Source: Paraspadella gotoi
Taxonomy: Eukaryota > Animalia > Chaetognatha
Direction of reading: 5' to 3'
Assembly (NCBI GenBank): GCA_051294375.1
Contig: CM119268.1
Location: 8,489,008 to 8,553,007, forward strand
DNA: 64,000 bases
Both the position numbers and the translations under genes were made by a program. Below are positions 28,378 to 41,939 of the stretch, one piece after another (positions within the stretch are counted from its first letter, which is position 1; each line of letters starts with the position of its first letter). The notes under the pieces are model-generated. The model searched no databases. It saw only the letters and a program-made list of their open reading frames with translations, and had not been told where the DNA came from.

Positions 28378-28830
28378 GGAATTTCAGGACGTTTTACATC
28401 GTTGTCTTTTTGTGAACATCACATCAAAGGGCATTTAGCAATCGAGTTTACCAATGAAAAAATCGAGGAAATAAAAGCATAATTTATAATAATAATAATA
28501 CCAATAAATGAGGCATTAAAAGCACACCCAGCGTCTTTCAATTTTTGGTCATCGTCTTGAATCGCAATTGAAACATAAGTTAGGACCAATAGATAAAGTC
28601 AGCAATCAACCTCATATAGACTTTTTGTTACATGTTTTCGTGTTTAACGTTTAGGAGTCATAACGGAATGTCTTAATGTTTTGAATTATTTTTTTCAAAT
28701 TGAATGTTTCTGTTTCGGAAATATTTACTAACTGTACACCCTACAGCAATGACTAATGGCGTCCAATTTTAATTTAATTTAATCACAATTTCTTTTTCGT
28801 TCGCTGTCGTTTTCCCTCGATCTTTTGCGA

Positions 28831-28866
<36 letters not shown>

Positions 28867-29195
28867 TCTCCTCTCTCTCATCTCTCTCTCTCTCTTCCTC
28901 TCTCTCTCTCTCTCTCTTCTTTTTTTTTTTTTTTCTCTCTCCTCTTCTTCAAGGATACCCACTTCACCGTCCAGCCTCCCTCCGCTGCGGCGTCCGGCGC
29001 TCTTCTTTAGCGGCGCCGACGCCGGGGCCAACGTTGAACGCGGGATCGCTTCGGGGGCTCGTCGTCCTCAGTCAATAAATGCCCATCTGCAAGCCCAAAG
29101 AGAACTGCAACGACCCAAGTTGTTGTTGTGAGGAGATCAGCGACAAGTCGATTAACTAGTCATAACTTTTTTATAGTTTCCATAACGAAAGGAAC

Positions 29196-29228
<33 letters not shown>

Positions 29229-30587
29229 CTCTCTGCCTCTCTCTCTCTGCTCTCGCTCTCTCTCTCTCTCTCTCTCTTTCATTTCCTCGCCCTGCTGATA
29301 GCTTTCGTCGTTGAATAATTCAATGGACGAAAGAATTTCAAATATTTTCTCGGATTTATTTTCAGTGGAGTCGAATTTTTTTTTTTTTCGATAAAGCGTT
29401 TTTCATAAAAAAAAAATCTCGAAAAACTTGCATAATACGGAATTATTAAAGCAATATAATTGTATAAATAAATAACTAAATAATCACTAAAAAAAATTTA
29501 ATGGAACTAAGAAATAACCTACAATAAATATTATCGATAATGATATATAAAGTGATACAATTGAATTTACTTTTTATTTATTTATACGTTAGTTTAATCT
29601 TTTATATCATCCAAAAGCGGTAATACTGCCAGAACCCTTACGTAAATTATAGGGATACAAAACAATCGTTAATGTGATACCTCTGGGCGGACTGTAAAAA
29701 AAAACTATTGTCTCAAGCTGCACGGAATTTTAACAGCATTGCTAATTAACTGTAGAAGTGTAGAATCCCCCCCTTGTCTTCATGTAAATTCGATCTGACT
29801 AATTCACTCTGGAGCTTATCAATATCGTTATCATATTTTTTTTTTCCATTCTCACTCGTGAGCCTACTTTGGATTCCTACCTTATTTACATAAATCATTT
29901 ACATGTCATTACGTTTAATTACTCATTTATACTAGATATTTTTTTTTTGATAACTCTTTCTCGGGCCACGGAAATTGAATAGAAATCGCACACCAAGTTC
30001 TACGCTTAATAATAGTCGAACTCTCACGCTCGTGAGAAAGAAGGGATCGGGACGGTTCATGTCTGCCAAACGCCGTGATCGTAAAAAGTAGATTGCGATT
30101 CACGAGCCGTCCAATCGCCTGCAACAGTTTGCAATAGCCAGCAGAATCACCTTTATTTATCGTCATCGTTTTTTTCCGAAGTGAACGACGGTTTTCATTT
30201 CAGTCTTTCAATTTCAAACGACTTTCTGCCGATAAAACGAAATAAGAAACGAGTTTTCCCGTTTTAAAATTTATTCTCGACTAAAACGATGGGATTTAAT
30301 TTTTAAAAAAAAGTTATTTGTACAGAAAAAAGATTAAACTTTTTTTTTTCATAACACAGGAAAGCTTTAGTTTTCTTCTTTTAATTTTTTCTGCACTTTA
30401 TACTTTACATTTTATCATGTTTTACATCATTTGTAGCACGCACCATCATAGTTTGCGACCAAATTTTGTAATATATATTGTCAAAATGTAGATAAATAAT
30501 TTATATTTTTTCCATTCACTTCTTCGAAGACGAAGCACCCTCAATCAAATCTCGTCAAAAATAACGATTTTTTTTTTTAATGAGAAC

Positions 30588-30651
30588 AAACTCACCTGAC
30601 GACGAATAAATCTTGGTGAATGAAAGAAATAAAGTTCGAGACGCAAATCAT

Positions 30652-30696
<45 letters not shown>

Positions 30697-30774
30697 CTCA
30701 CCTGACGACGGAATAAATCTTGGTGAATGAAATGAAATAAAGTTCGAGACGCATTCATGCTCGCTCGCGCTCTC

Positions 30775-30814
<40 letters not shown>

Positions 30815-30974
30815 TCACCTGACGACGAATAAATCTTGGTGAATGAAAGAAATAAAGTTCGAGACGCAAATCATGCTCTCTCTGCTCTCTCTCTCTCTCT
30901 CTCTCTCTCTCAAACTCACCTGACGACCGAATAAATCTGGTGAATGAAAGAAATAAGTTCGAGACGCAAATCAT

Positions 30975-31021
<47 letters not shown>

Positions 31022-31057
31022 CTCTCTCTCTTCTCTCTCTCTCTCTCTCTCTCTCTC
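30588..31057 (-). repeat. Tandem array (4 units) of a ~65-bp unit plus (CT)n spacer with splice-site structure
   Basis: The unit AAACTCACCTGACGACGAATAAATCTTGGTGAATGAAAGAAATAAAGTTCGAGACGCAAATCATGCT starts at 30588, 30694, 30812 and 30912. Two units occur in the other copy (about 22897 and 23011). Confidence 0.9.
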
Positions 31058-32849
31058 CTTTCCCTTCTTGCAATATTCTTTCATTCAAACCATACTCTCA
31101 CTCACTATTTCACGCTCTCACATAACCCTTTTATAGGATTTTTTTTAATATTTTAAAACTCAACTAGGTTGCAGATTTAATTTATATGTAAATATTAAAT
31201 AAATCGACGTTCGTTAATTTCTCTTCAAACAATCGCCGAAAATTATGGAAGTTAGCATAGACAACAAATAATGCTTTACAATATTTGTCATTAAAAACTA
31301 TTTCCTAATTATAATGTTTTTATCAAGTTCAATTATTTTATGTTCGGGGGCGGACTTCGAAGTAACGAAAATAACGAAGAATATGTTTTTGACAAGAAAA
31401 GAAATTGCATTCGAAAACAAGAAGGGAACCTCTGAGATTGAGAATCAAAGCGAGAGAGAAAAGAAAAGAAAGAAAATACCAGAGGAAAAAACCAAAGCGA
31501 CATTTTTGTAAAAACAATAATCCAGATTCCAGAATAATGGGAATTATAACAGAAAATGAAGAAGCAAGTTGTAATAAAGATTAAGATAAATTAAAGCGAA
31601 TTAGAGAAGGAAGGAAAAAAAATGGAGGAAAGTTAATATAATAACAAAAAAAGAAGAAATGTATCGGGAAGATATCAAGAAAGAGGGAGATAAAAAAATT
31701 AGGATTAAACAGAGATGAAATACAACAAACTAAAATCTAATTAACTGATTAAAGCTAATTAATTAAAGGAAGGTGATAAAAAATAAAACATAAAAAATAG
31801 AAAACTAAAATGATTAAAAAAGGATAAAAAGTAGCGCAAAAAGTAAAGGAAACGATGGTTGCGAGCGGAACGATACGACGAACTCGTAAAATAAGGCGAT
31901 GCGCGTCTATATAGACTGCATAGTGAGATTTTTATTGCTTCTTACAGGATCACGGAATGGGCCATTGCGATACCCAAGACCCCATGTTGAAAAGTTCCAA
32001 TACCGCCAGATCAGGGCCGGTTGCATATATCCTAAAAACTCATGATACCGCTAAAACACTTAAATTTACTTATGTTTGAAACAGAAAAAAATAGTCGTTT
32101 CAGGTAAACGGTACATCTTTCTCTATACATAACTTGTTAGCAACAATCTATTTACACAGTAACTGCATTTAATCTCGCGGATCAACAGAAAACTTTGTTC
32201 AGAGGTCGTACTTTTATAAAAAGAACGAACTTTTTATTACTAGGATTATTAACGTATTCAACAATTAAGGCATCGGTATGTCTAGGTCGGAGGATCACGT
32301 ACATCTGCGAGTTACAATGTTGGATGGTTTGGATTTTTGTTTCCGTTACACACAAATACACTAGGGAATAAGGAATCACAGTTAAAAAAAAAAACAGCCA
32401 AGCATAAAACAGAACGCGGTTATTACGCCACCCTTATTCGATTCGTAACGATAGAATTTTTTCAAAAAGAGTAAAAAAATTTTGAATTCTAATAAAAATT
32501 TACTTATATACTGAACTAATAGGAATTTTTTTGTTTATCATAAGTAGTTAAACAAAACGTGAAACGGTTAAAAAAACTGCTTTGATGAAGTACTAGTTAA
32601 ATGAAGAAAGTTAGTCAATTAAAATAAGAACATGTTGAAAACAGAACTTTACTAATCAAACGAAATTAACACTCTCCGCAAATAAAATGAAAAAAAGCGC
32701 AAAACGACGACGACCACAACGACGATGAAGTTAATGATCGATTGCGACGGAGTAAACGACCGTTCACATCGGGTAAGGTCAAAGGTCATGGAAACGACGG
32801 AAAGTAAGGGAGGGATGAGGTAAGGCCAACCGAAACTTTGATCGAGGAA

Positions 32850-35800
32850 TCAAGATCCCCACGAATCGACGATTTCTATTCGAACTAATCTTTCTTTGAC
32901 GTTGGCGTTGGCGGCGTTGGCTACCGCATTGGTGGCGTTGGCTACCGCATTGGTGGCGTTGGCTACGTTGGCGTTGGTGTCGGCGTTGGCGACGAGGTCA
33001 GTATCGTCATTGACGACGGCGTTGTCCAAACTCGAAGTCCGTAGTTCCGTCCCATTTTCTCTCGACCCTGAACCTTTTTCCTCGACGCCATTTTCAGCGT
33101 CGCACGTGGCGCCCTCTTCGTCGCGATCTCGGTCGCCCTCGTCGGCGACTCCGTTGCAGTCGCGAGTCTTGTTTTGAGCTTCGAATTCCCGGTCGCCGAC
33201 GTCGAGATTCACCGTGGAAACGACGAGGACGTTGGCGTCGTCAACTCCGTCGACCGGTTCTCGCGACGTCGTCGGCGAGGCGACGCGCATTCTCGACCCG
33301 GCGTCGCTTAAATCGACGTCGCCGACTTCGACGTATGAGCGCGGACGATCCGCTCGACAGGTGGAGAAGCCGGAAGCGTCGAAGACGAAATCGCAGCCGA
33401 ATTCGCGACACTCGGCGTCGCCGCCGCCGCCGCTGCATACGCCGCCGCCGTTGTAATCTTCGTCAAAGCTCACGGGGCAGACGACGACGACGTGCTGCGG
33501 TCGTTTTTGGTGTTTAAGTTTGATGGAGTCGGGGATGAGGTCCGTCGGAAGGCTGTTGAGAGGTAGAGATGCTCTTTTGTCGTCGGGCTTCCAACCCTCG
33601 TTGTAGTCTCGCCACCGAAGAAGCTTTCTACATCCTTCCGCCTCGACCCCAACGTCGATTGAGCTTTTGTTTTTTCGCGACTCAACCCCTTTCCCCCCGA
33701 CATCCGGTTCTCGAGGATTTTCGTCTTCCCGCCAACGAAGTTTCCTCCGTCCATTTTCGCTTCGTTCTCGAAGTTTCCGATTTCCGACTTCATCCCGAAC
33801 GGCTCGTCCGCCGGGATCGATGTCTCGCTCGTTCGAGTTTCGATCTTCGATCTCGCATCGACGAGGATTTCGGCAAAGGTCGACATCCCGTCCACAAAAC
33901 TTTCCACAGCCGACGGGGATCTGATCTTGCCGAAAACCGTTCGGTCGTCTGCAGCACTCCCACTGTCCGACGCATATTTCCTGGCAACTTCCTGACGGTA
34001 TCGAGAGTTCCGGCCGCTGCTCCAGTGGCTGATCTTTCCGCTCCACATTTTGCTCCAACGGTCGCCATGCTTCTTTCTTTCTTGTTTTGTTGTTTCGTCG
34101 CTCCTGCGTCTTTGTCTCTCGGCCGTCATTTAAGTTCTCCTCTTTGTCATTTTTGTCAACTTTGTCGTCTTTCTCGCCCTCGTCTTCCAGAAAGGCGTTG
34201 GGCTGACGAACTTTGCGCAGCTGTTTCGACTGTCGAGTCACGTTCGTAACACTGACGAAAAGAAAATTAAAAAGAGAAATACAAATGTTCAGTTCAAACA
34301 GGCTTCCAATATTATATATACAGAGCATATAAGTATCGAAAGTCTTTATTTAACGAAAACAAACAAGGACCGTTTGCCGTTCGATGTCAATAAAGTCTAA
34401 ACGAGCGTTTTGGTTAAAACCAGACACGCCTCCAATTGTTTGCAATTACGACTTTAACTGAAACACGACTCCCTCTCGGTTTAACTTTCGCCCCGAACCT
34501 GGATAAGCAGCCGAAGACGACGACGAAGCCGACGAGGAGTCCGATCCCGCTGCCCATCGTTCCCGCGATCATCCCGCCGATCATCGTCCCGGCGGGCACG
34601 ATGATCAGGGCGATTTTGCCCTGAACATTTTGAAGAGAAGGGGGGGTGTTAGATTGGATATGCCAATTTAGTATGGTTAAAGTATTAGTTTTAACTACTA
34701 ATTATTTATTTCATATTTAATGTTATGGGGAAAGGGATGTTAGTGTTGTCTTCTGGAAATAGAGGGAGTGAAGAGACAGTAATTATTGATAAGTGTTAAT
34801 GACAGAGCCGTTCAATATAAGCAGTCCCTAAGCTTCGGATCAGGCTGTAAACCATGTTACGGCGGGTTAAGCGGCCCCGTCCCTCTTAACTGCCAGACGA
34901 CCACCGGGCTAGAACCCCGGACCTTTGGGTTGGGAGCGAATGACTTGCCTCCGGCACCAATGGCCGCTGATGAACGGTTGGTGGATTTTAGTCCACCATA
35001 GGAGCATCTTTACAACTATGTGATTGATTTATTAATAGATAGACAGACTGATCTTTAATTTAGTTGAATTATCGATTAAGTAATTTAGCAGACGTTTTAA
35101 TTAGTAGTTTGTATCAATGATCGATGAATTAATTGGATTGATAGATTATATTTTTTAATAGATTTACTTGATTTATGTAATAATTAATTGCTTTATTCCG
35201 TGGTTGAACATATAATCAATTAATATATAGATTAACCTTGATGACCATTCCATAGCGACACCATCTGGAGAAGCTCTGTCCGGCAAGGTCGAGCAGGACG
35301 TTGCTCTGCCCGACTTTGGAGAGGGCGCGTGTGGCGATGTGTTGCGGTTCGCGAGGGAGACAGTACTTGTCCTTCTCGTTGTTCACTCTGTAGGGCATTC
35401 GGCGAAGGTAAGGTCAAGGTTGAAGATTTAATTTTTTTAAAAAATCCAAATTAAAATAGTACTGACGAAAAAAAAACAAAACAAAAAGAACCAAATGGGA
35501 ATCGAAACGTAAAAAACAAAAAATCTAAATCTCAGGTCAAAAAAAGGATACGTAACAAAAAGAATAAAATGGGAAAGTCAAAGTCTCTTACAAATGCCAA
35601 TCCAATGCGATGAAAAATTGCCGACAACACGCATGACAACCTGACGGCAAAAAACGAAATGATAATGATTTATAAAACGAAATGACAATGATTGATAAAA
35701 CGAAACGACAATGACGAGCTGACAATGACGGATAAAACGGAAACGCGCGGCGTCCCAGTCATCGATTAATCCTCATTGATTGGAACGGATTAGGAACCGA

Positions 35801-38800
35801 GGATCGAGAGAACGTCAACGTCCACGGGTGCGGAGCGGAGTAGGGGATGGAAATGGGGGGGGGGGCGAGACAGTTGAGTGGGGAATCGTGAGGGGAAACA
35901 ACGTGCGGAAAATAATGAGATGGAAAAGAGGTGAATGGAGAATCATGTATATAATTATTAAGGGGTGAACTTAGGCAAAGATTTTTTCTTAAATAGGTAA
36001 TAGACAATTTTTTGGTTTACCTAGTAGTTAACTGAATAAAAGTAGGCAATTTTTAATTGAGGAAAGGATCTTTAAAACTAAGATATAACTGATAAACTAA
36101 GATTGCTAAGATTTAAAAGGGAAATGTTATCTTTAATAATTTGAAGCCAAATAATATTAAATTAAATATTGTAATCTAATTGTATTCTATTGTGTTGTAT
36201 AGATGCTCCCTATATTTCCAGAAGAAAACACTGACCTCCCCCTCCCAAAATGAGTTATTAGATATAATAAGCAAATAATATTTTTAAAAAGTAATATATA
36301 TATAATTATATAATATAGTTTAAATAGTTTAGAAAAGTTTTTTGAATTTTTTTACAACGATTTTTATTTGTGAAAAAGCAGACATGTTTTGGCTCACAAT
36401 TTTAAGCCTTCATCAGCACTTGACATTTGTGAATTATGATACAATTTTTGAGTTAAAGAAAGAGAGAGAGAGATGATGATAACAAAAACTTAAAAATGCC
36501 CGAGCGATCTTAAAGCTCTCTTAGCAGCAATACTTAGTTACAGTTTAAAGTAAAACCGTTGCCGTACCGCACGAGCGTGCCAGGTTTAGCGGCGGTTAAA
36601 ATACTTTTACGGAGTACCTTACTCCGGTTAAAAAGAGAAGCCTGCCCGCACTTGGGGTCTTAGGGGCACAATACTATAGCTAGGGACTTCGCCTGCCGCA
36701 CGCGCGGTCTTAGGGCTACTTGATGCTACTGTTAACGGAATACTATTCCCTATGCTATCAATAAAAGTTAAGATGTTAAGATGTTAAGATGTTCACAGAC
36801 ATTAATAAGCAACATTGAAATAANNNNNNNNNNNNNNNNNNNNNNNNNNNNNNNNNNNNNNNNNNNNNNNNNNNNNNNNNNNNNNNNNNNNNNNNNNNNN
36901 NNNNNNNNNNNNNNNATAAGCAAATAATATTTTTAAAAAGTAATATATATAATTATATAATATAGTTTAAATAGTTTAGCAAAGTTTTTCGAATTTTTTT
37001 ACAACGATTTTTAAGGATAGAGATCGTGAGGCATCGAGAGGCAACTCTCAAGATTCTGAATGTGCCTATCATTCTGTCATGGCGCCGCTCATATATAGAG
37101 ATTCCTCGTAGATCTTGTGTCACTCTGCCAACTGCGGCTTGGGTCTTCACATTAGTAGTGTCGATTGGCCCACTTTGGTTAATTTGCGACATCAGACTGG
37201 TTAACGGGAGACCTTAAAAATGTCACATAATGGGTGAATTGAAATTATTAATTATCTTGTTTTATATTTAATACGGATTTAACAAATTGCATTATAGTGC
37301 GCGTATACCATTACATCCCTCGCCTTATCTCCGGGTCGCAAGTTCGAGAACATCTAAGGTACACAATTTCAGCTTAAACTGAGCGCATATAGACGTGTTA
37401 TTAATCCATCGCGCTTGGTGCATTCGTGGCCGCGCCTCCGGGTTTTGGGGCGCCAGTCTCCCACCATCTGGAGGCGGACAGCCGCCTACGTTCCTCGATA
37501 TGTCGAGTCCTCTTCGCTTCCGTTGATTCTCCGGGTCTCCTGACAGGCCGGTCGCGGGATCCTGCTCTTTGCACCAGCCGGCCGCCTGGGTACCTCTCGC
37601 GCGACAACCAGCGTGTGTGAGCGCACGCGGGCGGCGGGTGCTGTGCGGAACCATCGCATTGTTCGTGCGGTCGACGCGAGGGAGATCTGATATACGCACA
37701 ATACCTGGTCCTGACCCGCTCGTTGTCTCGCTCTAATCGATGCTGAGGCTAAGGACGGATGCGCCGCTCGGGATTTCGCACGGATTGGAGATTAGCGGCG
37801 CGCCACAGGCGCATATCGACACCGATTTAATTTTCTTTAAAAATTCCAGAATTTACATACATACGTTACCTGGCGCGGACAACGGATTTCTCAGCCTCCC
37901 GTCCTTATTTCGAGAGAGAACCTGCACAATAACTAAACACGCGAGAAAATCAAACGACCCCAAACCGGATTTCCACGAAACTTATGAGGAATCTACCAAT
38001 ACATATACTAATTCACAGATGACCGGCGGTCAACAAAAGCCATACACGTCGCAAAAAGAAATAGAAGACATACGGTAGCAGAGAAATCAATTCCTCCCTT
38101 CACAAATGGCCCGCATATCCTCTCATTAATTTCCTCACTGCGCAGTGACGATAATAATCTTGCCATCCAACTCGCGTCCGGGAACGAGAGATACGCGGCG
38201 CGTTTCCCGTGCGAAGAGAGCGATAGCGAGACGGGCATAAGGAGAGAGGCAATGGGAAACCGAGCCCGTCGAGAAGGTTGGTTGCAAAGTAAAAACGAGA
38301 ACTGGATAATGCAATTGGGAGTACTACTATATTACGACAATTCGCACACAGTGGATGTGACTGGAAACACGATAATCGATAAATGACGGAGGCTGACCTC
38401 CGCACGGACTAAAACCGGACACCCGCGCCCGGGGCCGTCCCCAGTAGCATGCTGGACGTCCGCTGCGCTCGACCGGGGACTTAATCGCACGCTCTCCTAT
38501 CGAGCGTGGCCGTATACAGTAATAGACCGGGAGCGATTTACACGGGTCACTACTTCCGCGCGAGGCGAGCTCGGACCTAACGGTACCAGACGCGCCAGCG
38601 GGTGCGGCACCGCGGAGCTAGGGCGACTGGGATTCGAGGTCGGCGCGAGAGGACGATATGTGCGCGCGAGTGAGCCTTGGTCGGAATGCCCGGTGCCAAG
38701 CGCGGAAGGCAAACCGTGTGGGAACAGATGTGTGTATAGCATGGTCCGTATAGGAGCGAGCGCATTCGAGACGAAACTCCGATCGTACTACTAGCATTAT

Positions 38801-41800
38801 TCAAGGTGCGGTGAACTCTAGGCGCAACGAGAATTTCTTTGTAATACTTCATACCTGTCAAAACTAGTGATCAATTCACGACAATTTGTAGCGTTATTCA
38901 CGCTAGTACAGTTAACCTCGAGACGTCACCAGACGAAAGGTTAACGAGACTATGAAAAATTTGCGTAGTGTAAGACATATGGCACTATTCTTCGGAGGAC
39001 AATAACGGGATCTTTAAACAACTTAAGGGAACTTATGGATATCTGGGATTGAGAGGAGCTAAGAAAGGATTTGGGTGGCCTTAAGCCCATTCTTGAAAAG
39101 GGCACACCACTGGTGTGCTTATGCTCCTCCCTTAAATAAATTTGACAGCCACATATAACTCATGCTGCATAAAGGTATATTTAATCAATTATCTAGTAGA
39201 TCCCCTACATTTCTAAAGCTTATCTTCGGTTGATAGCTGCTCCTAGGCGGCGCTAAAATTATTGCCTATCGGAGTGATTACTATCCGATGACTAGGTGAG
39301 CTATTTAGCGCTACACCTTCATTATGACTGCATCTTTCCAGCAGTGGAAGTAAAGTCTCGCTAGGACGCGTCTAAGCGTCACTTTAGCTAGCAATTCAGA
39401 ATAATATGTAGTTATCAGTATTCTCTATCCGACTATATGCAAATTTCTTTACTTTATTCCATCTACCTACTACTATTTGTCAATGATAAATGCCTTATCG
39501 TCTTTAGACAATAAACCGGCGAACCCGACCTGACTCGACACTTTTCGCGCCAGGCTCACTCTTCTACGCGTGGTAAGTTCATGAATGTAGTAGTAGTTAC
39601 TCTAAGGACTAAGAGACAATTACATAATCGAAAGCATGATAATCTTTGCGATATACAAGCTCTTTTTTCGCTATGCGTTTCCGTTTATTTACGGTAGTCT
39701 TACCAAAAAAAATCAATCGATTTTCTTAAAATAAAAAAAACTAAAGTTATTATCGTGATTCACAATCCTCTGTATTCGACAATCCGAACTTTTTCCTGGC
39801 TCGGCGTTTTGCTTTTGCGACTCCTGCAACCGAGCGTTTGTCTCGATCCCCACAACACTTTTTACGTTCCGTGAGCGAATACTTGGCAATCGGTCGACAG
39901 GTGGACCAGGGGCTGGCGCGGCGCCTGTTTGGATTCCCTGGCTCTTCCTAAATTAATCCTGAACACCTTTGACTGAAGGACCGAGAAGAAAACAATATGC
40001 ACTACACACGGCGTCTTTTTCGGAATTCACCGTTCTGCCAGTCGCACGCAGCGTATCGCGTCCGTCTCGGGTACGGCAGCATTGACCGTGGGACATGGCC
40101 GGCCATAGACATTGCGTCTGCGGATTTCCTCCATCCTCTTCTCTTTGCGCTTATCCCTTTTCAAATAGCTCAAAATTTTTTGGATGGGATTAGCTCGGGA
40201 AGTGCAGTGAATCCGCCGCTGCCCGAAGATTCCTCTGGCCTGCAGGTTTCCAGATTATTCCAGTGTTTTCATGCGCAATGGAATTCTTCAGTTATGATAT
40301 AGTTTCATATCATATACATTTAATGAAGATTGCTCGGCAAATTTAAATTTGTTTCACTATTCTCTATTTTTATATTTTATTGAAGGGATTTAGTATTTTA
40401 ATTCTGATATTTATCTAAACAAATATAGTATCTGCTTTCTTCTTTTTTTCTTTTTTTTTTTCTTTTTTTTTAATGTTTTGTTTATCTAATAATTCTATAT
40501 TCGGGAAGGGGGAAGTAAGTCGTTTGTCTTCTGATTATATATATATATATACCCGGCTGTTCGTCGTGCTCGCTTTGCTCGCGCCTCTCTTGATTTTTAA
40601 AAAGCTAACTAATATATATATAATTATCATAATATAGTTTTATAATAGTTCTAGCAAAAGTTTTTCAGATTTTTATACAACCGATTTTTATTTGTGAAAA
40701 AGCAGCACATGTTTGGCTCACAATTTCAAGCCTTTCTATCACCCACTTGACATTTGTGATTATGAATAGCAATTTTCTGAGTTAAAGAAAGAGAGGAGAG
40801 GAGAATGATGATAACTAAAAACGTTTAAAATCGCTCGAGCATAGAGCTCTTAGGGCGTAAGCTACTGTTGTAGTACAGTTTAAAGTAAAACGTTGCGGCT
40901 CGCACGAGCGGTCTTGAGGGCGGTTAAAATCACTGATTTACGGAGTACTACTGCCGGTAAAAAGAGACAGCCTGCGGACTTGGGGTTTAGGGCACAATAC
41001 TTACTAGGGACTTGACTGCGACGCGCGGTCTTAGGGCTACCTTTGAATGCTACTGTTAACGGAATACTATTCCCGTATGCTATCGAATTAAAAAGTTTAA
41101 GATGTTAAGAATGTTAAGAATGTCACAGACCATTATACTAAGGGCAACATTGAAATAATGAAAACTGTGTGAGGGCTAAAGCGATAAAGAATTTCTATAG
41201 TACAGATAATTTAGTTAATGCTAACGAAAACACAGTTATGGCGTGCAAATACGACGGTTAATTGGCTTGACGCGTGAGTAGAACACGATGCAGTTTTACG
41301 AAGTTGGCAGATTTGAAGTGAAGACTTTGCTTGAAGGGATTCTTTTCACGGTTGGCGCACTGTCTGATGGACGTTGTTGTTACTTCCCAGAAGTTGGTAA
41401 AGCTTCTTTATTCGAAGTTATGTAAGACAGGACTAATAATTTATTTCTATAGTCGTTCATATCGCTTTGTCTTATTGTCAATTGGGGTCCTAGGCCAATT
41501 CTCTAAGTACGCTCTTTGTAATTGGGCTATTGTTTTGTGCACATTTTCTGTAGATGGCGTTTTATTTTCTTGCCTTTGCGATATTTATCTTTCTTAATAA
41601 CATCGTTTAATAATGCTTTGGAGTGGCAAAATTTTTTAAGTGGGCTCCCATTATTGGTTTTTGCGCTCACTTGCGAGGAGAGTAGAGATGAGAGAGGAGA
41701 GAGAGAGAGAGTAGCACAGGTTAAAGTTTTTCCCGCAAACAATGAATTGAGAAAAGACAGTTGGTCAGTGTAGGACAGATTTTTAGATTAAGGCCAATTT

Positions 41801-41902
41801 GAATAAGTTGTGAAAAGAAATGAAGAATTTGGTGAAAGATGTAAAGTAAGGTTCGGAGAGAAGAAGAGAGAGAGATGNNNNNNNNNNNNNNNNNNNNNNN
41901 NN

Positions 41903-41939
<37 letters not shown>

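Larger units (their letters stand above)
27560..31390 (+). repeat. Direct copy of 11760-14881 plus 22409-23560 (probable second haplotype or gap-fill)
   Basis: Colinear, near-identical sequence that lacks 12964-13491 and 14882-22408. Confidence 0.9.

Noticed and set aside
30588-31057. CRISPR-like repeat/spacer appearance, and CTGACGA..GAAA as a hammerhead
   Set aside because: The spacers are CT microsatellite, the context is eukaryotic with no cas genes, and no stem II can form between the core motifs.
23587-31390. True tandem gene duplication or pseudogene of the coiled-coil gene
   Set aside because: The differences are dominated by random single-base indels next to N-gaps, typical of unpolished long reads or an uncollapsed haplotype.
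33470-34249. Overlapping 219-aa and 226-aa ORFs
   Set aside because: They are alternative-frame and antisense shadows of the GC-rich terminal exon. Splice phase supports the 32850-34251 frame.
34897-34967. Functional tRNA-Gly(CCC)
   Set aside because: The anticodon stem and D-arm do not pair properly, so it is better explained as a SINE head.
40548-40590. Helitron-like 3' hairpin (ATACCCGGC..GCTCGCTTTGCTCGC)
   Set aside because: It is only a short motif in error-rich sequence, with no terminal CTRR or 5' end identified.
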